64,000 bases of DNA. Origin: Clostridia bacterium. GTDB taxonomy: Bacteria > Bacillota > Clostridia > Oscillospirales > CAG-382. Location: contig JAFSNK010000030.1 in NCBI GenBank assembly GCA_017447445.1, positions 14,260 to 78,259 of the forward strand. The letters run 5' to 3'. Positions 19,112 through 29,811 of this stretch are shown here, in pieces; within the stretch, counting starts at the first letter, position 1, and every line of letters starts with the position of its first letter. Below the pieces are notes generated by a model. That model was not told where the DNA came from. It ran no database searches and saw only the letters and a list, made by a program, of their open reading frames with translations. A program made the translations under genes and the position numbers.

Positions 19112-20197
19112 TTATCTCTTGTTGAGCATCTTGAGGATGTCGTCGATCTCGCTGCCGCCCTCTTCTTTAACGGGCTCTTCGGAAGCGGCCTTCTGTGCCG
19201 CTTCGGCAGCCGCCATCTGACGTCTTACGTCGCCGTTCTTTTTGTCGGCGGAGAAGCCGGTGGCGATAAGGGTGATCTTCATTTCGTCCTCGAGCGAAGG
19301 ATCGAACGCGGCGCCGAAGATGATGGTCGCGTCGGGCTGAGCTTCGCTGGTGATGAGAGCCACGGCGGAATCGATCTCGTCCAGACCGATATCCGGGGAC
19401 GCGGTGATGTTGACGACTATGCCGCGCGCGCCGCTGATGTTGGTTTCGAGCAGCGGGCTGGACATCGCCATCTTGGCGGCCTGTTCGGATTTATCCTTGC
19501 CCTTGGCAAAGCCGACGCCCATATGGCAAAGCCCGGCGTTGCTCATAACGGCGGAAACGTCCGCGAAGTCGAGGTTGATGACGCCGTCGACGGTGATGAG
19601 TTCGACTATGCTCTGAACGCCTTTGCGGAGAACGTCGTCCGCTTCCTGGAAGGCGTTGAGGAAGGTGATCTTTTTATCGGTAAGGAGTTTGAGCCGTTCG
19701 TTCGGGATAACAATGAGCGAATCGACGTTGTCGGCGAGCTTTTCGATGCCGACTTCCGCCTGCTGCATCCTGCGTTTGCCCTCGAAAAGGAAGGGCTTGG
19801 TAACCACGCCGACAGTGAGTATGTCGAGCGATTTCGCGATCTTCGCGATTATGGGAGCCGCGCCCGTGCCGGTGCCGCCGCCCATGCCCGCGGTTATGAA
19901 CACCATATCGGCGCCCTTGATCGCTTCGGTGATCTCCTCGAGAGATTCTTCCGCCGCTTTTTCGCCGATCTCGGGATTGCTGCCCGCGCCGTGACCTTTG
20001 GTGATCCTGTCGCCGATGGCGATCTTGGTGGGAGCGCTGGATTTAACGAGTATCTGTGTATCGGTATTGATGTTTATGAATTCCACGCTCGCGCTGTCCA
20101 AAGTGGAAACCATGCGGTTAACGGCGTTGCCGCCGCCGCCGCCCACACCGATTACTTTGATTACTACCCTGTTGGTATCTTCGACCATATTGACCAT
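19112..20197 (-). CDS. ftsZ: Cell division GTPase FtsZ
   Basis: [15 protein letters not shown] and [15 protein letters not shown] motifs. Confidence 0.97.
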   Translation of the reverse strand: MVNMVEDTNRVVIKVIGVGGGGGNAVNRMVSTLDSASVEFININTDTQILVKSSAPTKIAIGDRITKGHGAGSNPEIGEKAAEESLEEITEAIKGADMVFITAGMGGGTGTGAAPIIAKIAKSLDILTVGVVTKPFLFEGKRRMQQAEVGIEKLADNVDSLIVIPNERLKLLTDKKITFLNAFQEADDVLRKGVQSIVELITVDGVINLDFADVSAVMSNAGLCHMGVGFAKGKDKSEQAAKMAMSSPLLETNISGARGIVVNITASPDIGLDEIDSAVALITSEAQPDATIIFGAAFDPSLEDEMKITLIATGFSADKKNGDVRRQMAAAEAAQKAASEEPVKEEGGSEIDDILKMLNKR

Positions 20198-20332
20198 GTT
20201 AGACCTCCGAGTTTTTAGTTCTTAATTTTATACACATCTAATATAATATTTTTTTTGGCGAAAAGCAAGTGTTTTTTTCGTTTTTCTTCACTTTTTATTG
20301 ATTTTTTTCTTAAAAACGTCGAAAAAGGGCGT

Positions 20333-21124
20333 TTATTTAAGCAAAACCGACGCCTCCGTATGGTTAGAAACGTCTATCGTGCCCCTGTCGGTGTCGTAAA
20401 GCTCGCCGATTATCCCCACGAGAAAGCGCATTTTTATATCGCAGTTCTGCATATCTCCCAGATATACCTCGAACCGGTTCTGATAATCGAAATAGATATC
20501 GAACCTCGAACGGACGTCCAGCGCGGTTATGTCGTCGTCGATAAAGTTCTTTTTGAACGCCGCGAACAGCTCGATTATCGTATCGTAGGTGCGGCTGTCG
20601 ACGAACTGCACCGTTTCGCCGACCACGCAGCGGCGGACGTTGCTTACCTTCAACACGGTGAGCCCCGTCTGGGCGGCGGTGCGGTCGGTTATTTTTTCCA
20701 GCACTTTCAGGTCGTCGGAGAGCAGGAAGGTCTCCCCCGCGAGATCGGCGGCGTAATACGCCTTTTTCTCGGATATCTCCACCACGACCGTCTTCGGCAG
20801 GTCGCGGCTGATCGCAACGCTGCCGACGTAGGGCAGGGCGCGCTTGATCGCCTCCTCCGCCGCGCCGGCTTTGAAGGAATAGATGTTGTCGCCTATCTCC
20901 ACCGGGATCATCCCGGCGATCTGCTCATAGGTATATTTTTCGTTGCCCTTTACTTCTATGGTTTCGACGTTGAGGAACACGGCGAAGCATACGCCGACGA
21001 AGATCAAAGAGACCGCGACGAAAAGCAGAACGTAAAACACCGTTCTGCGCGTCCTCTTCTTTTCCTGCCGGCGCTGCGCGTCGAACAGCGCCTGGTTTTT
21101 GCGTATGAATCTTTGCTGTTCCAC
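20333..21124 (-). CDS. ftsQ: Cell division protein FtsQ/DivIB
   Basis: Basic N-terminus, one TM helix, then a POTRA-like segment (IETIEVKGNEKYTYEQI). GTG start; located after murG. Confidence 0.8.
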   Translation of the reverse strand: MEQQRFIRKNQALFDAQRRQEKKRTRRTVFYVLLFVAVSLIFVGVCFAVFLNVETIEVKGNEKYTYEQIAGMIPVEIGDNIYSFKAGAAEEAIKRALPYVGSVAISRDLPKTVVVEISEKKAYYAADLAGETFLLSDDLKVLEKITDRTAAQTGLTVLKVSNVRRCVVGETVQFVDSRTYDTIIELFAAFKKNFIDDDITALDVRSRFDIYFDYQNRFEVYLGDMQNCDIKMRFLVGIIGELYDTDRGTIDVSNHTEASVLLK

Positions 21125-21151
21125 GCCTACCCTCTTTTCACAAATATCTTT

Positions 21152-22279
21152 TTATTTTTCCGCGTTCGTAAGCCCCAGCGCGCACCCCGCGATAACGTCC
21201 GCCGAGTCGCGCATCGCAAAGCTCTTTATCGCCGTCTGCATACGCAGGCGCTTGTTCGGATTGGCGACAAGGTCTTTCACCGCCGAAACCAGCGTGTCGC
21301 CGTCAAGCTCCGTCTCGCGGTAGACGAGCGCGGCGCCGGCGTCGGCAAGCAGACGGGCGTTTTTATACTGGTGGTCCTCCGTGACGTGCGGGCTGGGGAT
21401 GAGTATCGCCGCGCAGCCGCGCACGGCGAGCTCGGAAAGCGTCATCGCCCCGGCGCGGCAGATTATCACGTCCGCAGCCGCCTGGCGAAGCGCCATATCG
21501 TAGATATATTCGCTTATTTCGAGATTCTTTCGGTCGTAGAAACCTTTTTCGCGCGCGATGGCGTCGAACTCCGTATATCCCACCCTGCCTATCGCGTGGG
21601 TGTGGCGGATAGATTGCGGCCCGGTGTATTTTTCCATTAACTCGAACACGAGCTCGTTCACGCGGCGGGCGCCCATACTGCCGCCGTAGGAAAGGATATA
21701 CGGTTCGTCGGGAGTCAGTCCGAGCTGTTCGCGGGCTTGCGCGCGTGTGAGATCGTCGACTATTATAGGGTTCCCGGTGAGCACCAGCTTGTTTTCGCGC
21801 ACCGATTCGGGAAAATACTTTTCGCTGCCGTCAAAGGAAATGCAGATCTTATCGACGTAGGGCGCGAGCATTTTCGTGGTGACGCCCGGAAAGGCGTTCT
21901 GCTCGTGTATTAACGTGGGGACGCCGCGCTTGGCGGCGGCTTTCACCGTCGGCCAGCTTACGTATCCGCCGGTGCCGATAACGAGATCGGGGGCGAATTC
22001 TTTTATTATCTTCTTCGCGGCGCGCACCGAGGTCACCGCCTGCACGGCGGCGCGGGCGTTCTTTTTAAGGTTCGCGAAACTCAACTTGCGCGAAAAGCCG
22101 CTTACCTCGACGAATTTTATGGGGTAGCCCGCTTTCGGCACGAGCGTGCTTTCGATACCGTGCTCGGTACCGATAAACAGAAATTCAGCGTCCGGCACGC
22201 GCTTTTTGAGCGCCGCCGCTATATTTAGCGCGGGGTTGACGTGGCCGCTGGTGCCGCCTCCGCAAAGAATAACTTTCAT
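21152..22279 (-). CDS. murG: UDP-GlcNAc:lipid I GlcNAc transferase MurG
   Basis: MKVILCGGGTSGHVNPAL and GGSMGARRVN motifs. Confidence 0.93.
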   Translation of the reverse strand: MKVILCGGGTSGHVNPALNIAAALKKRVPDAEFLFIGTEHGIESTLVPKAGYPIKFVEVSGFSRKLSFANLKKNARAAVQAVTSVRAAKKIIKEFAPDLVIGTGGYVSWPTVKAAAKRGVPTLIHEQNAFPGVTTKMLAPYVDKICISFDGSEKYFPESVRENKLVLTGNPIIVDDLTRAQAREQLGLTPDEPYILSYGGSMGARRVNELVFELMEKYTGPQSIRHTHAIGRVGYTEFDAIAREKGFYDRKNLEISEYIYDMALRQAAADVIICRAGAMTLSELAVRGCAAILIPSPHVTEDHQYKNARLLADAGAALVYRETELDGDTLVSAVKDLVANPNKRLRMQTAIKSFAMRDSADVIAGCALGLTNAEK

Positions 22280-22303
22280 CGTTTACGTTCCCTTCCGGAA
22301 AAA

Positions 22304-23539
22304 TCAGTTTTGTTCTATGAACGAATAGCGCGAAATTGAAAGCAGTATGCCCATTTCGGCAAGCAGTATAAGAAGCGAGGTGCCGCCGTAGCTGAAGAAC
22401 GGCAGACTTATGCCGGTACTCGGTATGGAGTTTGTAACGACGGCGAAGTTGAGCAGCGTCTGGATGACCACCTGCGCGGTGATGCCCATGGAGAGCAGCG
22501 AGCAGAAGCGGTTGGGCGAGTTTTTGGAGATGTGGTATCCGCGGTAGGCGAACACGCCGTAGAGCGCGACCACGCACAGCACGCCGAAATAGCCGAGCTC
22601 TTCGCACAGGATGGCGAAAATGTAGTCGTTCTGCGGTTCCGGCAGGAAGCCGTGCTTTTGGTTGCTCTGCCCGAGCCCGAGCCCCCAGAACCCGCCGGAG
22701 CTTATGGCGTAGAGCGACTGCGCGGGCTGCCAGCCCTTGCCCCCGGTGGTGTAGGTCATATAGGAGAACGGGTCGCGCCAGACCTCCAAACGCCCGAAGA
22801 CCTGCGGAACGAAGCGTTCCAGCAGACTGCGCGCGGGGCCGAGCAGGACCGTCGCGCCTAAAACGCCGGCGCCGGCGACCACGCCGAGATAGAACCCTTT
22901 GGTTCCGGAGAGCCAAAGCATTATCGCCATTAACAGCAATATGATTATCGTCGCCGACATATGGTTTTGTATAAGCGTCGCGAGCGCCGCCGGAGCCGTG
23001 AGCAGCAATATCGGCAGCACCCCTCTGCGAAGACTTCGCATTTCGGAATAATGGTTGCTTATATAGGTGGAAAGCGCGAGCACCAGGAAGAATTTCAGCA
23101 GTTCGGAGGGCTGGAATTCCACGCCGAATATGACGAACCAGCGGGTAGCGCCGTTGACCGTCTTCCCCGCGAAAGGAACGAGGAAGTTAAGCCCGAGCGC
23201 GCCGACGTAGCCGATATAGGCGAATCGCTTCAACACGCGGTAATCGAGCAGCTTTGCGATAAGCCCCATGGCGATCAGCCCCGCGATGACGAAGATGATC
23301 TGCCTGCGGGCGAAATAGTAGGAATCGCCGAAACGCTGTTTGCACACGGCGTAGGAAGCCGAAAAGACCATGACGGAGCCGATACAGACCAGCGCGATGA
23401 TAACAATGAGCATCGGTCTGTCGACTTCGCCTATAAGACGGTATATTCGGTTCTGACCGCCGGAGGCGCGGACTTTTTTTGCCTTTTTGGGCTTTTCTTC
23501 CGCGACCGGCGTCGTTTCGGGATTGGCGTTTTCGTTCAT
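22304..23539 (-). CDS. ftsW: SEDS-family peptidoglycan polymerase FtsW/SpoVE
   Basis: Polytopic membrane protein containing QPSELLKF and PFFSYGGTSLL. Confidence 0.9.
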   Translation of the reverse strand: MNENANPETTPVAEEKPKKAKKVRASGGQNRIYRLIGEVDRPMLIVIIALVCIGSVMVFSASYAVCKQRFGDSYYFARRQIIFVIAGLIAMGLIAKLLDYRVLKRFAYIGYVGALGLNFLVPFAGKTVNGATRWFVIFGVEFQPSELLKFFLVLALSTYISNHYSEMRSLRRGVLPILLLTAPAALATLIQNHMSATIIILLLMAIMLWLSGTKGFYLGVVAGAGVLGATVLLGPARSLLERFVPQVFGRLEVWRDPFSYMTYTTGGKGWQPAQSLYAISSGGFWGLGLGQSNQKHGFLPEPQNDYIFAILCEELGYFGVLCVVALYGVFAYRGYHISKNSPNRFCSLLSMGITAQVVIQTLLNFAVVTNSIPSTGISLPFFSYGGTSLLILLAEMGILLSISRYSFIEQN

Positions 23540-23570
23540 ATTTTCGGCACCCTGTATAGGTTATGTATGT

Positions 23571-24569
23571 TCAGCGCATCAAGGAAATAAGGTAATAGGC
23601 GAGCGCGGCGAACGCCGCGGTAACGGTGGAGAACACGCAGACTATCTTCACTTCGCTCCAGCCGCATTTTTCGAAATGGTGGTGGATGGGGCTCATTTTG
23701 AATATACGCTTGCCGGTGAGCTTGAAGGACGCGACCTGAAGCACCACGGAAAGCCCCTCGATTATCCATATAACGCTTACGGGCAGCAGGATGAACTCGC
23801 TTCCCGTCGCCATAGCAAGACTTACAATGAATCCGCCGAGGAACAGCGAGCCGGTGTCGCCCATGAATATTTTAGCCGGGTGGAAATTGAATATAAGGAA
23901 CGCGACGAGCGCGCCGACGAGCGAGGCGGAATAAAACGTATGCACAGAAACAAAGAACATCACGCACACGATAAGCGCTACGCTGCCCGCCAATCCGTCG
24001 ATGCCGTCGGTGAGGTTCGCGCAGTTTATGATATATACGATTATAAGCAGCATAAGGAAATAATAGAATATTCCCAGATCGAGCGCGCTTCCCCACGGGA
24101 AGGTTATAACCGTATCGATAAGCCCAACGTGCGCCATAAGGAACAGGTAAAGCGCGGCGGCAAGGAACTGCAGGACGAGTTTTTGCGTGGCGGAAAGCCC
24201 TTTATTGCGTTTTTTGAACAGCTTTATGTAGTCGTCGATAAAGCCGATAAGTCCGTTGAGCAGCGGAAGCAGAAAAACCGCGATAAGCAGCTGCGTTACG
24301 CCGATCCGGTCCGCGACCGCGCCGTTTTCGTTCGGGAGCGCATATTCGAGTATGAATCCGGCTGCGGAAGCGACCAGAAAAGCGAAAATGAATATCACGC
24401 CGCCGAGATTCGGGGTGCCCTCCTTGCTCTTGTGCCAGGAAGGACCTATTTCGAGTATTTTTTGCCCCAGCTTTACCTTGCGCAGTACCGGGATAAAGAT
24501 CTTGTAAAGCACTATCCCGATAACGAGCGCCAGCAACGCGCAGATCGCGTCGATCATCAACGGATTCAT
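23571..24569 (-). CDS. mraY: Phospho-N-acetylmuramoyl-pentapeptide transferase
   Basis: GFIDDYIKL, NLTDGIDGLA, IFMGDTGSLFLGG and SPIHHHFE motifs. Confidence 0.95.
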   Translation of the reverse strand: MNPLMIDAICALLALVIGIVLYKIFIPVLRKVKLGQKILEIGPSWHKSKEGTPNLGGVIFIFAFLVASAAGFILEYALPNENGAVADRIGVTQLLIAVFLLPLLNGLIGFIDDYIKLFKKRNKGLSATQKLVLQFLAAALYLFLMAHVGLIDTVITFPWGSALDLGIFYYFLMLLIIVYIINCANLTDGIDGLAGSVALIVCVMFFVSVHTFYSASLVGALVAFLIFNFHPAKIFMGDTGSLFLGGFIVSLAMATGSEFILLPVSVIWIIEGLSVVLQVASFKLTGKRIFKMSPIHHHFEKCGWSEVKIVCVFSTVTAAFAALAYYLISLMR

Positions 24570-24591
24570 ATTATATATCCTCCGTAAGGAA

Positions 24592-25929
24592 TCAGATTAC
24601 ACATTCAAACAGTTTTATGCCGTTGCTCGCCTTGTAAAGCACGGCGTCGCCCGGGCGGATAAAGCTTTTGAGGAACGCTTTTAACGTTTCCGGCTCGCCC
24701 GAGGGGAAGGAATAGGTCTCCTTTGTGAAGTAGGCGGCGTAATTCTTCGCAAGCTCGCCGTAGGTTATAAGCGCGTCGGCGCAGTTTTCTATTTCCTTCG
24801 AGAGCGCGCGGTGCAGGGCGGGCGAGTTTTCACCGAGCTCCAGCATATCGCCCAGCACGGCGACCTTCCTGCCCTTGCGGGAGGCGAGCACCGAAAGCGC
24901 GGCGCGCACCGATTCCGGCGCGGCGTTGTAGCAGTCCGAAATAACGGTGTGCCCGTCCGAATCGTAGATGAACTGCCGTTTGCCGTCGCTTTTATACCCC
25001 GAAAGGGCTTCCGCGGCGGGCGCGAGCGGCAGGCCGAGCAGCTTTGCACAGGCGAGCGCGAACAGCGCGTTGGTCACCAGATGCACGCCCGGCTGAGTAA
25101 GCCGCACGGGGCATTCATCGCCCATTATATGCGCCGTGAAGCGCGTACCCTCCTGCTCGAGCGTTACGCCGGAAGCGAAGCAGGAGGCGGCGGTATCTTT
25201 ATAAGAAACGTAATAAACCTTTTTGTCGCCGGGGGCGGTATCGCGCAGAAGCGGTTCGTCGCCGTTGAGCAGCAGGACGGAGCCGGGCTTGGAAAACGCG
25301 GCTATTTTAAGCTTTTCGTCCCTTATCGCCTCGCGCGTGCCGAGGTTTTCGATGTGCGAGGAGCCGATATTAGTTATAACGCAGATATCCGGGCGGGCGG
25401 CGCGGCTTATGCGCTCCATTTCGCCCTTATAGCTCATTCCCAGCTCGACGACAGCCGCACGCGCGGCGGTTTTATCGCAGTCGAGCACCGTAGTCGGCAG
25501 CCCTATCTGGCTGTTGGCGTTGCCCTGCGTTTTATGCACCGCAAGCGCGCTGCCGAGCGCGCAGGCGATCATATCCTTTGTAGTTGTCTTCCCCACCGAA
25601 CCGGTAACGCCGACGAAGGGTATGGAGGCGAGCTCGGTTTCACGGTAATGCGCCGCGAGCGTTTGCAGCGCCGCGCGAACGTCCGGGACAAGCACGCAGC
25701 GTTCGGAAAAATATTCGCGGTTATCGCACAGCGCGCATGCGCCGGCACGTATCACCTGGCAGATATATCTGTTGCCGTCGGTCTTTTCGCCGCGCAGGGC
25801 GAGGAACAAGCCGTTTTCCACCGCCTTGCGGCTGTCGGAAAACAAACTGTTTACGGCAAGCGCGCCGTCCTCCGGGCGGAACAGAACGCCGCCGCAGATA
25901 TCCGATATCTCTTTAAGCGTGTAATTCAT
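24592..25929 (-). CDS. murF: UDP-MurNAc-tripeptide--D-Ala-D-Ala ligase
   Basis: The N-terminus has SDSRKAVENGLFLALRGEKTDGNRY, followed by the P-loop GVTGSVGKTTTKDM. Confidence 0.9.
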   Translation of the reverse strand: MNYTLKEISDICGGVLFRPEDGALAVNSLFSDSRKAVENGLFLALRGEKTDGNRYICQVIRAGACALCDNREYFSERCVLVPDVRAALQTLAAHYRETELASIPFVGVTGSVGKTTTKDMIACALGSALAVHKTQGNANSQIGLPTTVLDCDKTAARAAVVELGMSYKGEMERISRAARPDICVITNIGSSHIENLGTREAIRDEKLKIAAFSKPGSVLLLNGDEPLLRDTAPGDKKVYYVSYKDTAASCFASGVTLEQEGTRFTAHIMGDECPVRLTQPGVHLVTNALFALACAKLLGLPLAPAAEALSGYKSDGKRQFIYDSDGHTVISDCYNAAPESVRAALSVLASRKGRKVAVLGDMLELGENSPALHRALSKEIENCADALITYGELAKNYAAYFTKETYSFPSGEPETLKAFLKSFIRPGDAVLYKASNGIKLFECVI

Positions 25930-28178
25930 TACTCTATCGCCTCTTCATAGCGGAATACGAGTTCCACCGTGGTGCCGGGAGTTACGTAGGAGCCGGCGGG
26001 CACCGACTGCGAAACGACCTTGCAGTTGCGGTAGTCGCCGTTGAAAATGCCGGTTACGGTAACGTTAAGATTGCTGTTGATAAGACTCTTTATCGCGGCG
26101 TTGGGGGAGCTGTTTATAAGGTTGGGGACCTTTACGTCGGGCTTGACTTCCGAATTGTCGGTGTAAAGCACCACGACGCCTTCGCCGTTTATAACGGTGT
26201 CAAAGCGCGGCATCTGCTCCGTAACGCGCTTGCCGTTGCCCTTTACCACGCATTTCAACCCGAGCGATTCTATGGCGGTTTTGGCGTCCTCCGTCTTGCT
26301 GTTGCGGTAATCCTCCAGCTTTATCGACTGCTTCTCGCTGTCGCCGGAAGGCGTTATTCCCATATGCGGCAGGACTTCGGTAAGGATGTTCGCCACCACG
26401 GGCGCCGCTACGGCGGAGCCGAAATACTGCCCTGCCGTGGGATCGTCCACCGTGACGAGCACCGCGATGCGCGGATCCGCCGCCGGAGCGAACGAAACGC
26501 AGGAGCTTATATAGTCGTCTTCGCGCTTGGTATCGCGCTTTTCGGAGGTACCGGTCTTGGAGATTATATGATAGCCGGAAACGCTTGCGTTTTTGGTGGA
26601 GTCGGTGAGTATTTCGCAGATCGTGTCGGAAGTCTTTTTTGAAATGACCTGGCGGTCCGGTTCGTAATCGAAGGATTTGACCACGTTGCCCTGATCGTCC
26701 ACCAGCGCTTTCACGACATGGGGAACGACGAGATCGCCGCCGTTGGCGACGGCGGATACCGCGCGTATGTGCTGTATCGGAGTCACCTTGAAGGTCTGAC
26801 CGAAGGAATACGCCGCGAGCTCGACCGCGCCGAAGTATATCCCGGTGGTGCCGTAATAGATCGAGGACGCCTCGCCCATTATGTCGCTGCCGCTGGTCTT
26901 GTTGTATCCGAATTCTTCGAAGTATTTGTTGAAGTTCTTGTATCCCACGGCTTCGCCGATCTTTATGAACGCCGGGTTGCAGGAGTTCACGAGCGCCTCC
27001 GGGAAGGTCTGGTCGCCGTGTCCGTAAATATTGTGGCAGTGTATAACGGTGCCGCCTATGGAAACGCTGCCGCGGCAGTTGAAGTGGGTGTCGAGCGTGA
27101 TCGCGCCTTCCTCCAACGCCATCGCGCTGGTGATTATTTTGAACGTGGAGCCGGGCTCGTAGGTCTGGGAAACGGCGGTGTTGTTCCACATCTCGTAAAG
27201 CAGATTGGTTTTGTAAGCCGCGCGCTCCTCCTCCGTGCCGATAAAGGTATCGTATTTTTTCTGATATTCGTCCGAAAGCTTGTTGTAGTTGTTCAGGTCG
27301 AACGAGGGGTATATCCCCATCGCCAGGATCTCGCCGTTGTTCACGTCCATCACTATGGCGGTGACGCGCCCGTTCGGCTTGTTCTCCTCGTACGCCATAC
27401 GGATGCATTTTTCCACGGTGTCCTGTATCTTCCAATCGATGGTCGTTACCACGTTCAGCCCGTTCTGCGCGGGGATATAGGTGGATTTGACGCCGGTCTC
27501 CAGGTCCTTGCCGTAGGCGTCGGTGGCGCGCATATGCCTGCCGGGAGTGCCGCGCAGGTAGCGGTCGTAGGTATATTCTATCCCGGAAAGCCCCTGGTTG
27601 TCAGAACCGGAGAAGCCGATAACGTGGGCGGCGAAGCTGCCGGCGCGGTAGACGCGCTTTGTCGTTTCCTCCAGATGTATTATCTGTTCGTAGTCGTTTT
27701 CCTTGATATATTCCCTTATCGCGGCTTCCTCGGAGTCGGAAAGGTATTTCTTTATCATCTGGTATTTGCTCGTGGTCTTCCCCGCCTTGGAGATTATCTC
27801 GTTGCGGTCGACCGAGAGTATTCCCGAAAGCCCGTCGGCGATCTTGTTTATAAGCGCGTTGATCTCCGCGTTGTCCTCCGAGGAATCGAAGATATCGTAG
27901 GGGGAAATGAAGCAGTTGTATACCGTTGCGCTCACCGCGAGCGCCGTGGTGCCGTCGGAAGCGTAGATCGTGCCGCGGCGGGCGTCGATGGTGACCGAGC
28001 TGGTATACTGGTTTAGCGCCGCAACGCGGTAGTTGCCCGGGTCGTACAACTGCAGATAAGCGAACCTTACGCAAAGCGCGAGCATCGCCGCGAAAATGAA
28101 AACAAGCGCCCACTTGCCGCGAATGACCATCGTGCGCGCCGTTGCCCCGGCAGATCTTGTGTTTTTGGCGGTGTTCAT
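25929..28178 (-). CDS. Class B penicillin-binding protein with two PASTA domains (PBP2B/SpoVD-like)
   Basis: The active-site triad motifs STFK, SCN and KTGT are all present. The C-terminus has two PASTA-like repeats. Confidence 0.9.
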   Translation of the reverse strand: MNTAKNTRSAGATARTMVIRGKWALVFIFAAMLALCVRFAYLQLYDPGNYRVAALNQYTSSVTIDARRGTIYASDGTTALAVSATVYNCFISPYDIFDSSEDNAEINALINKIADGLSGILSVDRNEIISKAGKTTSKYQMIKKYLSDSEEAAIREYIKENDYEQIIHLEETTKRVYRAGSFAAHVIGFSGSDNQGLSGIEYTYDRYLRGTPGRHMRATDAYGKDLETGVKSTYIPAQNGLNVVTTIDWKIQDTVEKCIRMAYEENKPNGRVTAIVMDVNNGEILAMGIYPSFDLNNYNKLSDEYQKKYDTFIGTEEERAAYKTNLLYEMWNNTAVSQTYEPGSTFKIITSAMALEEGAITLDTHFNCRGSVSIGGTVIHCHNIYGHGDQTFPEALVNSCNPAFIKIGEAVGYKNFNKYFEEFGYNKTSGSDIMGEASSIYYGTTGIYFGAVELAAYSFGQTFKVTPIQHIRAVSAVANGGDLVVPHVVKALVDDQGNVVKSFDYEPDRQVISKKTSDTICEILTDSTKNASVSGYHIISKTGTSEKRDTKREDDYISSCVSFAPAADPRIAVLVTVDDPTAGQYFGSAVAAPVVANILTEVLPHMGITPSGDSEKQSIKLEDYRNSKTEDAKTAIESLGLKCVVKGNGKRVTEQMPRFDTVINGEGVVVLYTDNSEVKPDVKVPNLINSSPNAAIKSLINSNLNVTVTGIFNGDYRNCKVVSQSVPAGSYVTPGTTVELVFRYEEAIE

Positions 28179-28310
28179 GGCTCTGCCCTTTCCTGATTTG
28201 TCCCGTATTGATAAGACAAACGGGTAAAGACGTTCTTTTTATCTTTACCCTTTAATTATATGCCTTCCGGCGGCAAGTCTATACCGCCGGAGAATGATCC
28301 GGAGTATTTT

Positions 28311-28871
28311 TTATTTTCCTGCGGAGAAGAAATCGCGTATCACCTCGCCGAAGCCGGTGAGCAGGAAGCCCATACCGCCTTCTTTGCCGTCGTCATAGGA
28401 GCGCATTTCGATTTTGTCGTCCTGCTCGATGGTAATGCGGTGGTGAGTGAGCTTGTCTTTGGTGACCATTCCGAGTTCGTTTTCGGCGTAGTCCTTTATA
28501 TCTGAAAGGTTGTATTTGTTGCTCAACTGCACCTCCAGCGTGTCCTGCACCTTCTGCAGAGTGGCCATCTTGCTGTCGAGCTCGGCGATCTCGCTGCGGT
28601 ATTTATCGACCTCCGCGTAGTTCATCATCATAAAAAGGAAGAGCGCGGTGAGTATGACCGCCACGAAGACGACCGCCCACGGGAAGGGCTTTTTGTCCTT
28701 CTTTTTAACGTTTATTATACGGGGGGCGCGCACCGCATGCATGGAAGAAGCGTTCGCGGGGAGCTTATCCGCCCTTTTAACGACCGCTTTTTCGGTGGGT
28801 TTCGCCGGGACGACGCCCTTTTCTCCGCCGGATACGGCGGGTTTTCCGTTGACCTGCATTTTCTTTTCCAT
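28311..28871 (-). CDS. FtsL-like / septum-formation-initiator-like bitopic protein
   Basis: It sits between rsmH and pbp. It has one TM helix (WAVVFVAVILTALFLFMMM) followed by a coiled-coil segment. At 186 aa it is longer than a typical FtsL. Confidence 0.55.
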   Translation of the reverse strand: MEKKMQVNGKPAVSGGEKGVVPAKPTEKAVVKRADKLPANASSMHAVRAPRIINVKKKDKKPFPWAVVFVAVILTALFLFMMMNYAEVDKYRSEIAELDSKMATLQKVQDTLEVQLSNKYNLSDIKDYAENELGMVTKDKLTHHRITIEQDDKIEMRSYDDGKEGGMGFLLTGFGEVIRDFFSAGK

Positions 28872-28880
28872 TTCTTCTCC

Positions 28881-29810
28881 CTATATCCTTTCGCAAACGC
28901 GCAGCTTCGCGCTGTGCGACCTCGCGTTCGATTCCAGCTCCCCGCTTTCGGGCAGGAGCGGCTTTTTCGTGATTATCTTTACCAAAGGCACCTTGCCGCA
29001 GACGCACACCGGGAAATCCTTCGGGCAGGTGCAGGGGTCCGCCAAGCGGCGGAACTCCTCTTTAACTATACGGTCTTCCAGCGAATGGAAGCTTATCACC
29101 GCTATCCTGCCGCCGACGTTCAAAAGTTCCGCTCCGTCTCGCAGCGCCTTCGGGATGCTTTCGAGTTCGCCGTTGACCTCGATCCTTATCGCCTGGAAGC
29201 TGCGCTTGGCGGGATGCCCGTTTTCGTAACGCAGCTTTGCGGGGATGGCGGAGGAGACCGTTTCCGCCAGCTCCGCGGTGGTTTCGAATGGTTTTTCCGC
29301 CCGTTTTTCGCAAATGGCGCGGGCGATGCGCCCGGCAAACTTTTCCTCGCCGTAGTCGCGCAGGATGCGCGCCAGCTCCCGTTCCGGGTATCCGTTTACC
29401 ACGTCGCGCGCGGAAAGCGGAGCCGACCGGTCCATACGCATATCCAGCGGCGCCTCCCTTGAATAGGAGAATCCGCGCTCCGGGGTGTCGAGCTGATGCG
29501 AGGATACCCCGAGGTCCATAAGTATGCCGTCTATCTTTTCGTATCCGGCGGAGTCGACCGCCGAAGCGATGTTTTCGAAATTGTCGCGGACGGTTATAAG
29601 CCGTTCGTCGCGCACGGCGGCGCGGGCGTTTTCGATGGCGTCGGAGTCGCGGTCGATCCCTATCACCCTGCCCTTTTCGCCGAGCATGCCGAGAATAAGC
29701 TTCGTATGGCCGGCGCCGCCAAGCGTGCAGTCGACGTATATCCCGTCTTTTTTAACGGCGAGCGCGCCGACCGCTTCACGCGGCATGACCGAAATATGGC
29801 TGAATTCCAT
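28881..29810 (-). CDS. rsmH: 16S rRNA m4C1402 methyltransferase
   Basis: HISVMPREAV...YVDCTLGGAGH...DLGVSSHQLD...ISFHSLEDRIVK. Confidence 0.95.
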   Translation of the reverse strand: MEFSHISVMPREAVGALAVKKDGIYVDCTLGGAGHTKLILGMLGEKGRVIGIDRDSDAIENARAAVRDERLITVRDNFENIASAVDSAGYEKIDGILMDLGVSSHQLDTPERGFSYSREAPLDMRMDRSAPLSARDVVNGYPERELARILRDYGEEKFAGRIARAICEKRAEKPFETTAELAETVSSAIPAKLRYENGHPAKRSFQAIRIEVNGELESIPKALRDGAELLNVGGRIAVISFHSLEDRIVKEEFRRLADPCTCPKDFPVCVCGKVPLVKIITKKPLLPESGELESNARSHSAKLRVCERI

Positions 29811-29811
29811 A

